Shown here one piece after another: positions 40,202 to 64,000 of a stretch of DNA of 64,000 nucleotides. Location of the stretch: the NCBI RefSeq assembly GCF_039654945.1, contig NW_027361797.1, positions 44,888,001 to 44,952,000 on the forward strand, read 5' to 3'. The position numbers and the translations under genes are program-made. The DNA comes from Dendrobates tinctorius. Lineage: Eukaryota. Each line of letters begins with the position of its first letter. Position 1 is the stretch's first letter. Under the pieces are notes generated by a model. The model was not told the DNA's origin and searched no databases. It saw only the letters and a program-made list of their open reading frames with translations.

Positions 40202-40592
40202 AACTGCAGCACCGACCCGGCTCCACGCTTCTGCTCACTACTGCCCGGCCCTGAGCGCTGGTGACGTCACTACTTTCCCAGAAGGCCTCACTCACTCAAG
40301 AGCCGCACAGCACCCATTTCAACTAAGGGCAAAGCTTCACCTAGAACCTGCCGCATGGCTTCCCTTATCAAACATGGCCGCTTTACGTCTCCGGGTTATC
40401 GATTCGTCATTTATTTTATCAGCCAATAGAATGTGAGTAAAGTGGAATGCGGCAATGTGATTGGCTGGAGCCGTGAGCGGTGAGGAGAGCGGCGCGGCTG
40501 TGAGGAGGCGGAGGACTGTACATGTCTGCACCGGGGACAGGCGGTCTGTTCCCCGGCTCCACACTGTATGCGCTGCCTGACAGTAATGTACA
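40202..40592. promoter_or_regulatory. AIMP2/PMS2 bidirectional promoter
   Basis: 391 bp between divergent ATGs; CRE TGACGTCA 40262-40269; ZNF143/SBS-like ACTACTTTCCCAGAAGGC from 40269; YY1-like AAACATGGCCGC near 40370; opposed CCAAT boxes near 40423 and 40460. The head-to-head PMS2/AIMP2 arrangement is known in mammals. Confidence 0.8.

Positions 40593-64000
<23,408 letters not shown>

Overview
Vertebrate genomic DNA, most likely a frog (inferred from the MITE, Tc1, DIRS and Gypsy repeat landscape), not prokaryotic. It holds four spliced genes whose exons I traced with GT-AG boundaries and consistent phases. RSPH10B (minus strand; first 13 coding exons, continues off the left edge) is head-to-head with EIF2AK1/HRI (plus strand; complete, 15 exons, about 633 aa). 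EIF2AK1 is tail-to-tail with AIMP2 (minus strand; complete, 4 exons, about 312 aa), which is head-to-head with PMS2 (plus strand; exons 1-13, continues off the right edge). The introns contain an apparently intact DD34E Tc1 transposon, three decayed Tc1s, an internally deleted LTR element, a DIRS relic, many nested MITEs and several tandem arrays. Most of the short ORFs in the supplied track are repeat artefacts. The most unusual signals are: (1) six minimal type I hammerhead ribozyme motifs or remnants of the Penelope-like element kind, two with intact cores; (2) a 47-bp array placing about 29 UGCAUG motifs and decoy acceptors directly before EIF2AK1 exon 10; (3) an HRI protein lacking both mammalian Cys-Pro heme motifs and carrying AQE at the APE motif; (4) an inverted gene order relative to human.
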